Shown: one piece after another, positions 38,030-49,610 of the stretch
How positions within the stretch are numbered: position 1 is the stretch's first letter
How the letters are laid out: the number at the start of each line of letters is the position of its first letter
NCBI GenBank assembly: GCA_050084985.1
Contig: JBITNC010000001.1
Coordinates: forward strand, 17,732,001-17,796,000
Direction: 5' to 3'
DNA: 64,000 nucleotides
From: Nageia nagi
Lineage: Eukaryota; Plantae; Pinophyta
Notes under the pieces: generated by a model
Told to the model about the DNA's origin: nothing
The model's input: only the letters and a program-made list of their open reading frames with translations
The model's database searches: none
Translations under genes and position numbers: made by a program

Positions 38030-41000
38030 AAACCATTCATAAGCCTTCCTAAGCTAGGCAGACCTCTCCAAAAGAGATGTTGGGCACCATCATTGCTATC
38101 TACTAAAACTCTGCAATGTAGGCATCAACCATCCCTTTTTGCCTCATCAATGTTGTTGGGAAGATAACCTTTCCTCTTACTCGATGATCGCCTAGACAAT
38201 CAAGATAGGAAAGCGACCCAACATGTAGGTGAGAACGCGTTACTAAACTCCTCTTGTAAGGATTGATACCCCAAGGTTTCTATCATAAAGCTCGTGTCGT
38301 TAATATGAGCTTTGAATTGTAGGTCTTGTTTGGGAATCAGCTGAGTGGTGTAGTAGAGGTAATAATTGTTTTGTGTAGTAGTGGTGCAGTGTGTAAGGTC
38401 TCTTACTTCAGGATCATTCAAGAAATTTCATTCGAAGTCCTCCAACTTAAAAATAGAATAACCTAAGTTCAATCTATTCTTAAGAGGAGAGCTGATTGTC
38501 GGTACTCTACAAGCAAAACCGATCCAATCAAAAGAAAGACACGACACGACAAGCGCACACAAACTTTGTTTCGAATGATAAAATCTATTTTGATGTCATA
38601 GAAACAAGAAAAGCCAAGAATATGTTCACTTACTATGCAAATTATGAAAGGCCAACGATTTGGGAGTGATTCAAAAACTTTTAAAAAATTTCAAAAATGT
38701 TTCCTAAAATTCGAGAATTTTCAAGGAAAAGCGTGAAAGATTCTAAATCATCTCAAAAGGCTCCAAAATGGTCAAATCCACAATCTCACAAATGACAAAT
38801 CTCTTTGTTTCAAGTATTCCACCATTTTGAATTTAATTTGTGTAAAAACTACAAGGATACATCAATTTGCCAATTTTCCACAAATTTGCACTAAAAACAT
38901 TCTACCTCAAAAGTGACCCCTATGGTCTATTTATAGACTTTTTAGGTCTAATTTGAGAGTGTTGTCCTAATTTCTAAAAAAGCTTCAAAATTTGAATGCT
39001 AAATTGAAATTACAATATCATTTTAGTGGAGAATAGTCTCATCACACTAAAATATGCTAAAAATAAAATATTTACAAAAATTGATACCCTCTGGCATGCA
39101 TTTTAAGGCGTTTTGCATCAATTTGGCAAAATTTGGAGGTTCAAATCCTCGTTCTGGATCCTTCTGGCAATCTTTTGAGCTCCTCCTTTCTTTGAACCTG
39201 GATTTGCCTGTGATATGATCATTGTGGCAAATTTTCAAAGGATTCTAAGAGGATTTCTCGAAAAATGGATTTTTTGGTCTATTTTTTGAAAAAGATAGGG
39301 GGGTCCAAAATTTGGAAAAATTTTAAAAAGTGGATTTGAGCTCATGGATGGATGGAGGATGGGATTATAAGATACTTGGCAACTTTTGAGAGGTTTTTAG
39401 GAGGTTTTGTGAAGGATTTGGAATTTTGGCAAATTTTTCTATTTTCATGTCTATGGATTTCGTTTGGTAGAAAAAAATGAAATTTCCATAGGAATGAAAA
39501 ATGCCTCCTAGATTTTTGACCCCTTTAACTTGCTCAAATCCAAAAATTTCAAAATTTAAATGTGCTCAAAATGTGTCCTTCCATGCAATGAAACTATAAA
39601 ACTTGACTTTTGGGCAAAATTTGATATCCCTCCTCAAGTTAGGGGCCATTTTTCATGCCATTAGATTTTGAAAAATAAGCAAACCTGCAACTAGGAATTT
39701 GGGGCACTTTCCTTGCTCAAAATCGAAAAATTGCAAGTTTAAATGTGCTTAGAATCATGTTTTACATGCAATTGACCCCTAAAACTCGAATTTTGAGGCA
39801 AATTTTTGAATCTTCTTCATGCTAGGCGCTAGAATTCACTCCATTGGATTTTCAATGGCATGAAAACCTGCACCTCCCTTTTGGGTGCCTTTTTGTTGCT
39901 CAAATTGAAAATTTGAAGTATTAAATGTGCTCAAAATGCCATTTTCCTTGCAAATATGTCAAAAAATTTGATTTTTGGGTAAAATCTTCACATTCTCCCA
40001 TGTTAGGCACCAATTTTCAGGTCTATGGATTCCCAATGGCATGAAAATCTGCCCCTTCCTTCTTGAGGGGTTTCCATTGCTCAAAATCAAAAAAATGAAA
40101 GTCTAAATGTGTTGGAAATGCCTTTTTCTTTGCAACGAAGGGGTCCAATTTGGTTTTTGGACCAAATTTATCAACTTTTTCCAGCCTAGTCGCTGATTTT
40201 CAGTCCATTGGATTCGGAAAAATATGGAAAACTGTGCCTGCCCTTTAAGTGCCCAAAACTTGATCAAATTTGCCTTTTCCAAGACCTAAATGTGCTCAAA
40301 ATCACATTTTCCATGCATTTGACCCCTCAAACTTGTGTTTTGACCAAAATTTATCAATTTTTTCATTCTAGGCGCCATTTTTCACTCCATTGGAATTCCA
40401 TAGCCTTGAAAACCTGCACCTAGCCTTTATGATGCTCAAAAGTGCTCAAAATCAAAAATTTTAAGTATTAAATGTGCTTAAAATGGTCTCTTCCTCGTTC
40501 CCAAGCATCTAAAATTGATTTTTGGTCAAAAAATACTTCATCTTGTCAATCTAGGCACCATTTTTCATGTCAATGGATTTGGAAAAATTAGTAAACTTGC
40601 GCATAGCTTTTTAGGGGTCTAAACTTGCTCAAATTCGAGAAATTGAAGACCTAAAGTGCCTTAGAATCACCTCTTCCATCCATCTATGCATTCACATTTG
40701 AATTCCGATGCATTTCCACTTTTCCTCCACAATCTAGGCACCAAAAATCATCTCTATGGATCTCCCATAGACTTGAAAAACTGTGCCTAGGATTTGAGTG
40801 CCTTAGACTTGGTCAAAATTGAAAATATCAAGTCTTACTTGTGATAGAATTCACCTTATCTCTCCAATGACACTATTAGACTTGAATTCCGATAGCATTT
40901 GCATTTATATATGAGAAACATGCACCATTTTCCCTCATTTGGGTCTTCAATGCCTTGGGAAAACATGTCTAGGGGCTAGGGGTACTCAAACTCTCATTTC

Positions 41001-42780
41001 CAACCCATTCTGGACTCAATTAGTGCATTTCCGACCACTTTCGGTGTTCCCAAGCTCAAACTCAACCAAAACGCCTCTTTCGGCACCTCCAAGCTCAAAC
41101 TCTACTTTTTCAATGATTTCCGAGCTCAAACAATGCAAAAATGACCATTTCTGCCTTTCTGAGCTCAAACTCATCATTTTCCATCATTTCCGGCACTTTC
41201 GAGCTTAAAGTATTCATTTCTGCTCATTTCCAACATTTCCGAGCCTTAAGTGTGAAAAAACGATCAAATTTCAGGCTTTCCGGCATTTTCAAACATTTCC
41301 GGCCATTTTGAGCTCAACTTTGCATTTTTAACCATTTCCGAGCTTTCTGGGCTCAAACAGTGCAAAAATGCATACCTTTACTATACTGACCACTCCCGGG
41401 CTCAAAATTGACCAAAATGCGCCTTTTCATGATAATGACCATTTTTGAGCTTTTCGGGCTCATACTTGACAAAACTCTTATTTTTGTCATCTTAGCTACA
41501 TCCATTGCTCTTGATTTTAAACTATGCAAAAACACTCATTTTCGTCACACTTGGCACTTGTGAGTTCAAACGGTGTAAAAACGATCCCATCTCCACTGGC
41601 TGCACTCTAGACCAAAAATTCGTGCGCTAATACTTTCTTTCACATCCTGGCTCCTTGGCTCCAAAACTGGTGACTGGATACTCTGATACTCTTCAGGGTC
41701 TTCGTCGCAAGATCTTCTCGAATCGCTCCCTGATATCATGTTTGCACTCTTCAGAATGATCTACCAATTGCCAAAAGCCAATCTCAAGGCAATGCACCTC
41801 ATTGCCTTTGCAAAAATAGAGTCCCCAAAATCTTGTATTTTGGTGTGTGTTGTGCAAGCACAATAGATGCTAGATCTCGAAAATATTCATCCTCATCCTC
41901 TTGGTCAAAGCAGTCCAAGATCCTTCGACGAAACTCATCAAAGGTGTTGATAGAACTATGACCTTGAGTGATCAAGCCATGGTGCCACCAATCATACACA
42001 ACTCCTTCCAAATGAAGAATTGCAAATTGAACTGCATCCTCCTCAATTATAGGGTAAAAAGTGAAGTATGCAATTTTTGCAGCCATGCCCTAGTCGTCAT
42101 CTTCTCACTACCATCATACAATGGGACTTGCATTCTACTCATTTTTTGTTGCAAATCCCTCTTCTCCCCTCCTAGCAAACAACTCCCACTATGTTTCTTC
42201 CCCAAAAACTCCAAGTATTCATGAAAACTCACGACTGCCTTGAATGTTTTTGTATTCATTTGGTGTTCCTGAAGTATGAGGTTGAACTCCAAAGGGGATA
42301 CCAAACTCATATCACTCTCCTGCTTGGGAAGGAATAAAGGTTTGGAGGGCTTGGGCAATGGTGGTGGTTGAACAGGTATGTTCTTTGTTGGATTGTCTCT
42401 CCCTTCAAAATACTTGTGCAACAAATACTCTCCTCCACCTGGTTCTCTGGTAGACCCCATTATATACAATGAGTGCTCAAATCCTCCTTCATCTCTAGTT
42501 GATCCATACCTATTCAAGGCATGCTCTCTTCCTCCATGCAATGTATGCTCAAATCCTCCCTAATCCCTAGCGGATCCAAATCTATGTGCATGCTCACTTC
42601 CTCTATGCAACGCATCCTCAAATCCTCCCAGATTTATGGCAAATCCAGACCTATGCAACACATGCTCATCTCCTCTATGCAATGCATGCTCAGGTCCTCT
42701 GGCGGATCCTGATCTATGCAAAAACATCTCACCTCCTCCCGGATCTCATTCTCGTGTAGAGCCCGATCTCTAAAAAGGTG
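38030..42780 (-). mobile_element. Ty3/Gypsy gag region split by solo LTR A2 (possibly the same element as 23113-25130)
   Basis: AILHLEGVVYDWWHHGLITQGH..FDEF..DEYFRDLA (41866-42200) continues as LMRQKGMVDAYIAEF (38070-38153). ~48-bp repeats occur in the gag N-terminus (42380-42720). Confidence 0.8.
38154..41865 (-). mobile_element. Solo LTR copy A2 (3.7 kb)
   Basis: Colinear with A1. Degenerate TSD AATGT/GATGC, and removing the LTR rejoins the gag frame. TATA at 38927-38936 and ~183-bp array at 39500-40900. Confidence 0.88.
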
Positions 42781-42864
42781 GCACTCTTGGGGACATTACA
42801 AATGTAATATCAAAATGCGCCAAAGTAAATGTAATGTCAGAATTGGGGACATTACAAAGTAGTG

Positions 42865-43043
42865 AGGCCAAATTTTGCAAGAAGCTTGCTAGAATCATGT
42901 AGATCATCATGTAACACGTATGTCAAAGGTTGTCACACCTCAAAAATTTGCAAGGCCAAATTTTGCAAGAAGCTTGCTAGAATCATGTAGATCATCATGT
43001 AACACGTATGTCAAAGGTTGTCACACCTCAAAAATTTGCAAGG
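42865..43043. repeat. Perfect 88-bp tandem duplication
   Basis: The unit starting AGGCCAAATTTTGCAAG occurs at 42865 and 42953. Confidence 0.9.
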
Positions 43044-44217
43044 ACCATAATATGGCATTTTGAACCCTACATCCCTAAACATGGGTGTTTTGGAACCTCC
43101 ATTCTAAAACACACGCAATCTAGTATCTAACCTATATATCTAACAAAAATCATTTTTTTTCCCATCACTGATCTCTAAGTAAGTGTATCTTCAAGAAGAA
43201 CTGAACATGTTTTCATGAAACCGGTTGCCAATAAATTGGCAAATGATTTTAGTTCTTGTTAAATTAGACCTTGTGTAGACAAGGAATCAATAGACCCTAC
43301 TTTACATAGATGTTAATCTATCGATGTTTTTTGGGAATGGCTGCAATCAGAGCTCAATTTTATCATTCCTTTTGGGATATGATAAGATTATCTAGCACTA
43401 ATGTTGTTTCATGGATGATACATAGGGCATTTCATGATGATAATTTCTTGCTTTCGGAAGAATATAGACTTCCATGCTTGATGGACCAAAAGGTTTAGAT
43501 CTTGCTTTCGTGATAACTATGTACATTAATGACAGAATAACTTGCTTTTGGAAGAATGTATAGCTCCCATAGGACCCGTCCCAAGGTTGAAAACTGTTAT
43601 CTGAAACATTTTAACACCTGAGGTTTCCATGCATTTCTGACTTAACTAGCATGCTTTTTGGTCTAATACAAGATGCATTACTTTACAAAAGAGCATACGA
43701 ACTTAGGGAATCTTGAAGTGCCTAATGATATAAGGGATGAAAGGATAAGACTAAATTGTTAACCAAAACAGAAACAAAGACTAGTTAGCTCATCACGTTA
43801 GAAAATCAGAGACCGTGACTTTATATAATAGAACAGATAATGTCAGACATCAAGTTGTCCCCAACATACTGAAAGAGTTGCAATCAACCTTTTCCATTAA
43901 TCAAATTCCTTGAACATCTATGGTATATCACTTTCTCATCATATAATCTTCCAACAGAACTCAAGTGCAGTGAAGCAAAAGTTGACACCCCATGAGCACG
44001 CATAAGTTATTTATATGACTATGGAAACTTAACTACCTTGTTCCTATAAGCAAAGCCTTGACAACATATAGGTATATCGCATGGTTTAAATCAGACACAT
44101 TTAAATCCCATTTCTCAACAAAGTTAATTGTAACAAAAAGGAAATAACTGCTTCACTATAATAAAAAACAAAGATATCTCAAAAGATTTAACCTGAAAGG
44201 AAAATATTAACGCATAC

Positions 44218-44299
44218 CATAGCCAAAATAATCTCCTTGTTGCAATGATAGTTCTGGATTCTTTAATATCTCTGAATCTGTGGGAGGAGAAACCTCAGC
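44218..44299 (-). CDS. ACH2: ACH2-like exon 4 (AEVSPPTDSEILKNPELSLQQGDYFGY)
   Basis: AG/GT flanked, 82 nt, phase 0 to 1. Contains the LxxGDYFG cNMP motif. Confidence 0.92.
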
Positions 44300-45539
44300 C
44301 TACATGAGATAATCTCAAAACATTATGATTCAATTAATAATTAATTATTAAATATTAAACAAACTCATCATGAATTAATCATGGCATGAAGCTATGTTTA
44401 TTTTGTCTGTATTAATAGCAAACAAAATGAAGTTACTACAAACAAAACATGGAAATAATTGTTTATCATGTACATATTATGTAGACTGCAAAAGGGAATA
44501 TGAAGGGGTAGTAGGCACTAGACAATACCAATTATACTATACGTAACAACACCACACAACCAGGATAGTTATCAAGGACTCAACACCATTGTCACCACCG
44601 CATTTAAATTAAACAGATGGCAATTTGAAGTTATAATGAGCTCAATCAGTAGTTCAAAAATAATCTCATTTTACTAGCATTGAGAATGAAGATCGTGTCC
44701 AATGCTGTAAGCTGTAACATATGCATCGTAACACAGAAATTAATCAGATAGACAAAAGGTATTGTAGTATGTCATTCTTGCAACACAAAAGGCATGAAGG
44801 AAATCATTTGAGAAGGAAAACAAGTTCTGAGAAGATGACAAGATTGTTTCTGAAATCTATAACACAACATGGAAAAGGGCATATCCTTAAAGCATAGAGC
44901 CAAAGATTGAAGACGTCAATCCCTAGTTGGAAAATCAATCACCAAATTGTTTGAAGAAGAGATATTTTTCCAGAGGTTGCAACTAGGTACAGAGTGAAGT
45001 TGAGAATTGTACCACAGATGTCATTAAAGCTTAAAAACTAGCCATGAATCTTGATGGGGAGACGGTTCAACACTTCCATGATCTTGAGTTATTCTAACAC
45101 TATTCCAAAATGTTGGGAGAATAACAAAGAAGATTCCACATCGATAATGGCATTAAGGACAGAATAAGAATGTTTAAAGATCTCAAAAGCAAAACTACCA
45201 ATGTATAAGCTAACGATAGTTTACTTACAGCTACCTAGATACTAAACAAAGGGACAATTTTAACTTCTTCATAATGTTTAGATTGCGTTATCAGGCATTC
45301 TTTGATAATAGATTTTGGTTTCTGTCCTTGGGGAGAGGGACTTGGGAACACGATATGGATGTCTCTCATCTCTTCCTTTACTAAGGGGTTGGATAGAGGG
45401 TTTTCCCATTATGTCCTCCCTATCCTTGACCTCATGGAGACGTATAGGGTACTCCTAAGCAATGTTTGAAAACGTATAGGGTACTCCTAAGCAATGTTTG
45501 AAAAAACGGGTACCATGGATATAAGGAAGGCTATTTAAT

Positions 45540-46047
45540 CATCAAATCAGAAACCATCCCTAATCGTCATGAGCACCAACATCACTCCAATGCAATCACT
45601 AAAATTGTAGTCCAATGGGAAGGACAACTACCAAAAGTTACCACATGGGAATCTCTCAAAGACTTTCTATGACAATTTCTAGACTTCAAGTTTTGAGAAC
45701 AAAGGTTTCTTAAGGGGATGGCATGTTAAATACCCACTCTATGTCACATTTCCTTAAATTTTGCAAGGGAGCACATGTCACTCTATTGTACTCTGTAATA
45801 CTGTAAAAGGATATAAAACATAAGGAAAGGTGTCTAAGGGAATATGCTACCTTAAGATATTTCTCCTCGAGCTATGAGTTAGCATGTGATTTGTATTAAG
45901 TCTACTCATTTGGGATGTTGCACCATCGAAGAGACCAATGACATTCAGATAAGTGCCTTTTCTCGTTATTGTCAATTTTTTGCCTTTTACTATGTTCAAT
46001 TTAATTTTTTGCAATCTTTTAATTATGGCTTTCTATTATGTTTATGC
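45540..46047 (+). mobile_element. Gypsy chromodomain, PPT and 3' LTR remnant
   Basis: KIVVQWEGQLPKVTTWES...F.F.E chromodomain-like stretch. PPT AAGGGGATGGCA, then LTR start TGTT at 45724. Confidence 0.55.
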
Positions 46048-46905
46048 CATAGTTATCAAAATCGTCGATTCTAGCAATTAATTGCCAATTCGATTGACGA
46101 TTCAGGTCAAACAATTAATCCTTGACTAGAAGCGATGATTTTATTTTTCCGATTTTTGCTGATTAATCCTGATTTTTTGTCTATTTTTTGCTGATCTTTT
46201 GGAAAAAATGGTTGGCTTAGGAAAAAGCACTTTTTGAGGGTCCAAAAAACCAATTTTGACTTCATTTTCTCATTTACACTTCAGCAAACAAGGTCAGCAG
46301 GCTTCTAAGAGCTTAACCAATGAAGGAAAACCAGTTATAAGGCCCTTCAATCCATTTTTTCTACTTATGACTACAGCGTTGGCATGGTCATATATGTTTA
46401 TCTACTATTTTTTCTACTTGTTTATCTATTGTTGTTTCTACTGTTTTTTTACTACCATAGTCATATCTGTTTGTTTCAGTTTTAAATTGTAGAAGTATAG
46501 TTTATAACTTTGTCTTATTTCTTATTGCAAGATAGAAAGATAAAAATACATACCTTTTCAATAATGTAAATTTCTCATTTTGGCATCTGTTTGCATAGTT
46601 TTTGTATCATTGGTTTAATGTATCTTCTAGTATTTTCTGCATGCTTAATTCTTGATGAAAAGAAAATCCTTCTAATTTTAGACCTTCAAAATTTAATATA
46701 AAAATCTACAGTTTACATTATATTGTGTTATTAACTTATTTGATATGGAATGTTGTGTTATTTGATATACGATGTTGAGAGATAACTAAAAATAATTTGT
46801 TTAAATGTCAAAATATATATATTTGCCAATTTTTTTGTCGATTCCTTATTAATCCCGACTCGGCAGCCAAATGATTTTTTGTTGATTCCAATTCTGATAA
46901 CTACG
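46048..46905. mobile_element. Non-autonomous TIR element (hAT-like MITE)
   Basis: TIRs CATAGTTATCAAAATC / AATTCTGATAACTACG and subterminal CGATT/GATTC repeats. TSD not recognisable. Confidence 0.65.
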
Positions 46906-47265
46906 CTAGCAACATTTGTGCATCTAAAATTTTATGAAGGCCATAAACTAAATTACTAAAGTAAGCTGTACATAGAATTCTTATCCATTCAAATGATACT
47001 ATATCATAACTGCATTAGGATTTCAGGCAGCAACCAGAGGACCAAATGACTTGGATGAACAATGTTCCATTGTAATTTTAGGAACCATCCTATTTCAACT
47101 TTTAAGCAATGAAAGATAAAATACCTTAAATATCAAGATAATAAATTTACTCATTTGCTGCCATCTGTTATAGCAAGGTGGATAACAAGCTCTCTCAAAT
47201 CTACTGAAACTAGCAAATCCTGATGTTTAACCCAAATTCAATGAACAGAAAGCAGAAGAATATAC

Positions 47266-47333
47266 CTCTCCTTTCCAGATGAAGTAAACACCATCACCTG
47301 CTTCACCCTCTTTAAGAATATACTCCCCCTGGC
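47266..47333 (-). CDS. ACH2: ACH2-like exon 3 (GQGEYILKEGEAGDGVYFIWKGE), cNMP-binding beta-roll
   Basis: AG/GT flanked and phase-compatible. Carries the cNMP-domain motif GExIxxEGExGDxxYFIxxG. Confidence 0.95.
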
Positions 47334-47667
47334 CTACAATACAAAGAGTTAGATACAACTTTAAAAGCAGGCCAGATGCTTGATGTGCTTGACACAAGAA
47401 ATAAAGAAAAAAAATCCAAGTCAACACCATTGGTGAATGAGACTTTGGAGTACAATCAGAAAAATATTAATAAAAGGAAACCCGAAAGGACATCTTACTA
47501 ATTTATTAAATGAAATGCATATAAAAAGAATGAATATGCAAAACATGGAAGAGGAATCATAGGAAAGTAACACATATCTGGGATTCAATATAGAATCACA
47601 GCTTATGATAAACACTAAAAGAAAAAACAGCACCTTCAAGGGTAAAGTCACTAGGCGTAAGACTCAC

Positions 47668-47760
47668 CAAACTCTTTGAACTCGACCAACTCTGCAATCC
47701 TTTTCACCGATGAGCTTGGCAGTCTTTGCAACAAAGGTATAGAACCTAGAAACTCCATCA
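47668..47760 (-). CDS. ACH2: ACH2-like exon 2 ([31 protein letters not shown])
   Basis: ctacAG|...|GTgagt splice sites. The translation matches the remembered Arabidopsis ACH2 N-terminus [26 protein letters not shown]. Confidence 0.93.
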
Positions 47761-49610
47761 CTGTAGCAAGAGACAGTTTCAAAATTTAAATCCAGTATTT
47801 AAAAAAATCTCTAAATGTATAAATAAAGAAGATCACAATTACAAGTAATGGCATTTTGTTAACTTGAAATAAGTGCTTTGTATTTTTCAGTTTTCATAGA
47901 GGTCTAGTAACAATGATTTCTCTAAGCAATATGTTATATTTTACCAAATCAACATAGGTTGTCAAGATAATAAGTATAGAGTATAGTTACTTAAACTTGC
48001 ATTTTAACTATCTAAAATGAAATTATTTTGGTGATTTACTTGATTTATGCAAGAATACTAATTTAGGCTATTTTGAGCTATTATAACTTAACATAAACAA
48101 TATCTTCTAATTTAGCATTATCTTATATGTATGTCAGCCTAGGTGATTCCACCTTCAAAATTAGATTTTTGAAGTCTACAAGGCAAGAGTGAAAGACTCA
48201 TTTGATCATATCGGGATTTCACATCCAACATTGTACATAATCCTGCTCTCAAGAAAACCCTATCGCAAATATCTTCTGCAAAATTGATCATATTCTTCTA
48301 AGTATTTTATTAAGTTGAATTAGCAAGTACAAACCAGAATTTCGCAAGGAAATTTTCAACAGTGCAAAGTATACCGTAATATACATCAAGCAGATATCAT
48401 CACAACCCAAAAATCCTAGAATGAAGAGAATGTGGCCCCTAAGCCAAATTAACCTCAACTAGTTCCAGAAGCCAAAATAACCTCAACTAGTTCCAGAAGC
48501 CAAATCCAACCCAACATAACACAAGTTCAACATTCATTCATTCTAGAATGCCGAGATTCATCCTCAAAGGTCAGAAGCTGTCTATCAACGTGCTTTTGAT
48601 CAGTAACTTCCAAATAAAATCATTTTTCTATCTTCTCTTATAAAGTTTGCATTATCCTAATTGCAAGGTCCTATACTGCATATTCTCACCAATCTATTTT
48701 CATTTGGTAGACATAATAAATTGTATATATTTCAATAGTTGTTATTTATTTTCTGTCTACTTGGGTATTTTGGAACTATGCCGACAATCAGGCCAGAATA
48801 GTCACAAAAGGTTGGTTTCACAATCCATATTGACAGTCTTTTTCTCAAGAGGCAAACAGTTTCAAAATGTCCTAAAGGTATATTTATTTAGCTTCCTTTT
48901 CCTTTGTCTTGGTAGCAACATTAGATCCTTGATTTTTTCGGCCAGTTGCATTCTCTATCTTGTCTATGTACCTTCTTTTTCTATCTTCATTTCATTCCAC
49001 TCTTGCTCCCTCACTCTTCTAATCATCTTTACTTATTTTGCCATTTTTACAATAACCACACTAACGAAAATTTCAAAGATTTGTCAAAGTTATGTCACAT
49101 GTTTCAAAAACTTGCAAATTCTTGTTTATCAACAACTAAGGTATGTTTAATCTAATATTCTTTTTTTCTTTCACTTTATTTCAGGATAAAACACATTTGT
49201 ACACAAATATCATGATTTGTATTAAATTTTTGATGAGTACAATCCAAGAGTGTTAACCAGCCAGCAAGAAACCAACCTATCTCCATAGGTTTCTCCCCTA
49301 CCCTACTAAGTCATCCGTAGGCCATTTTCCTCTTCAAACGGATGGCTATTGTGTTGAAGTATCCATCCAACACCCAAAGGACATTTCTGATGTAAATGTC
49401 CCCTTTATATCCTGCAATGAGATATGTTGTGCCTGTGTAAGTCATGGTTGACGATCAGTTTGCATTAATCTCAGGGATAAGTTAGTTTTAATAATTTATT
49501 AGTCAAGTCATCTCCACTTGTTAGGGGAGTTGGTGAACCTTGGGTATGGAAACTCTCACTTGATGTAAAAGGATTCCAAGATTACTTGATGTAAAAGGAT
49601 TCCAAGATTC

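Larger units (their letters stand above)
33027..38030 (-). mobile_element. Element B: Gypsy-type LTR element 5' part (5' LTR 34296-~38030 split by a LINE, tRNA-Asn PBS, atypical gag-like ORF, protease start)
   Basis: The U5 end at 34296 is homologous to the solo-LTR ends. PBS at 34274-34290 and TATA at 35149-35158. A Q/P-rich ORF with 39-bp repeats leads into EEHQPF...CLLDS. Confidence 0.72.

Noticed and set aside
44800-45200. Possible decayed L1 fragment
   Set aside because: Only vague residue patterns, not enough to support a call.
48647-49150. 167-aa hydrophobic ORF
   Set aside because: T-rich low-complexity intron or old-TE sequence with a non-ATG start and no recognisable domain.
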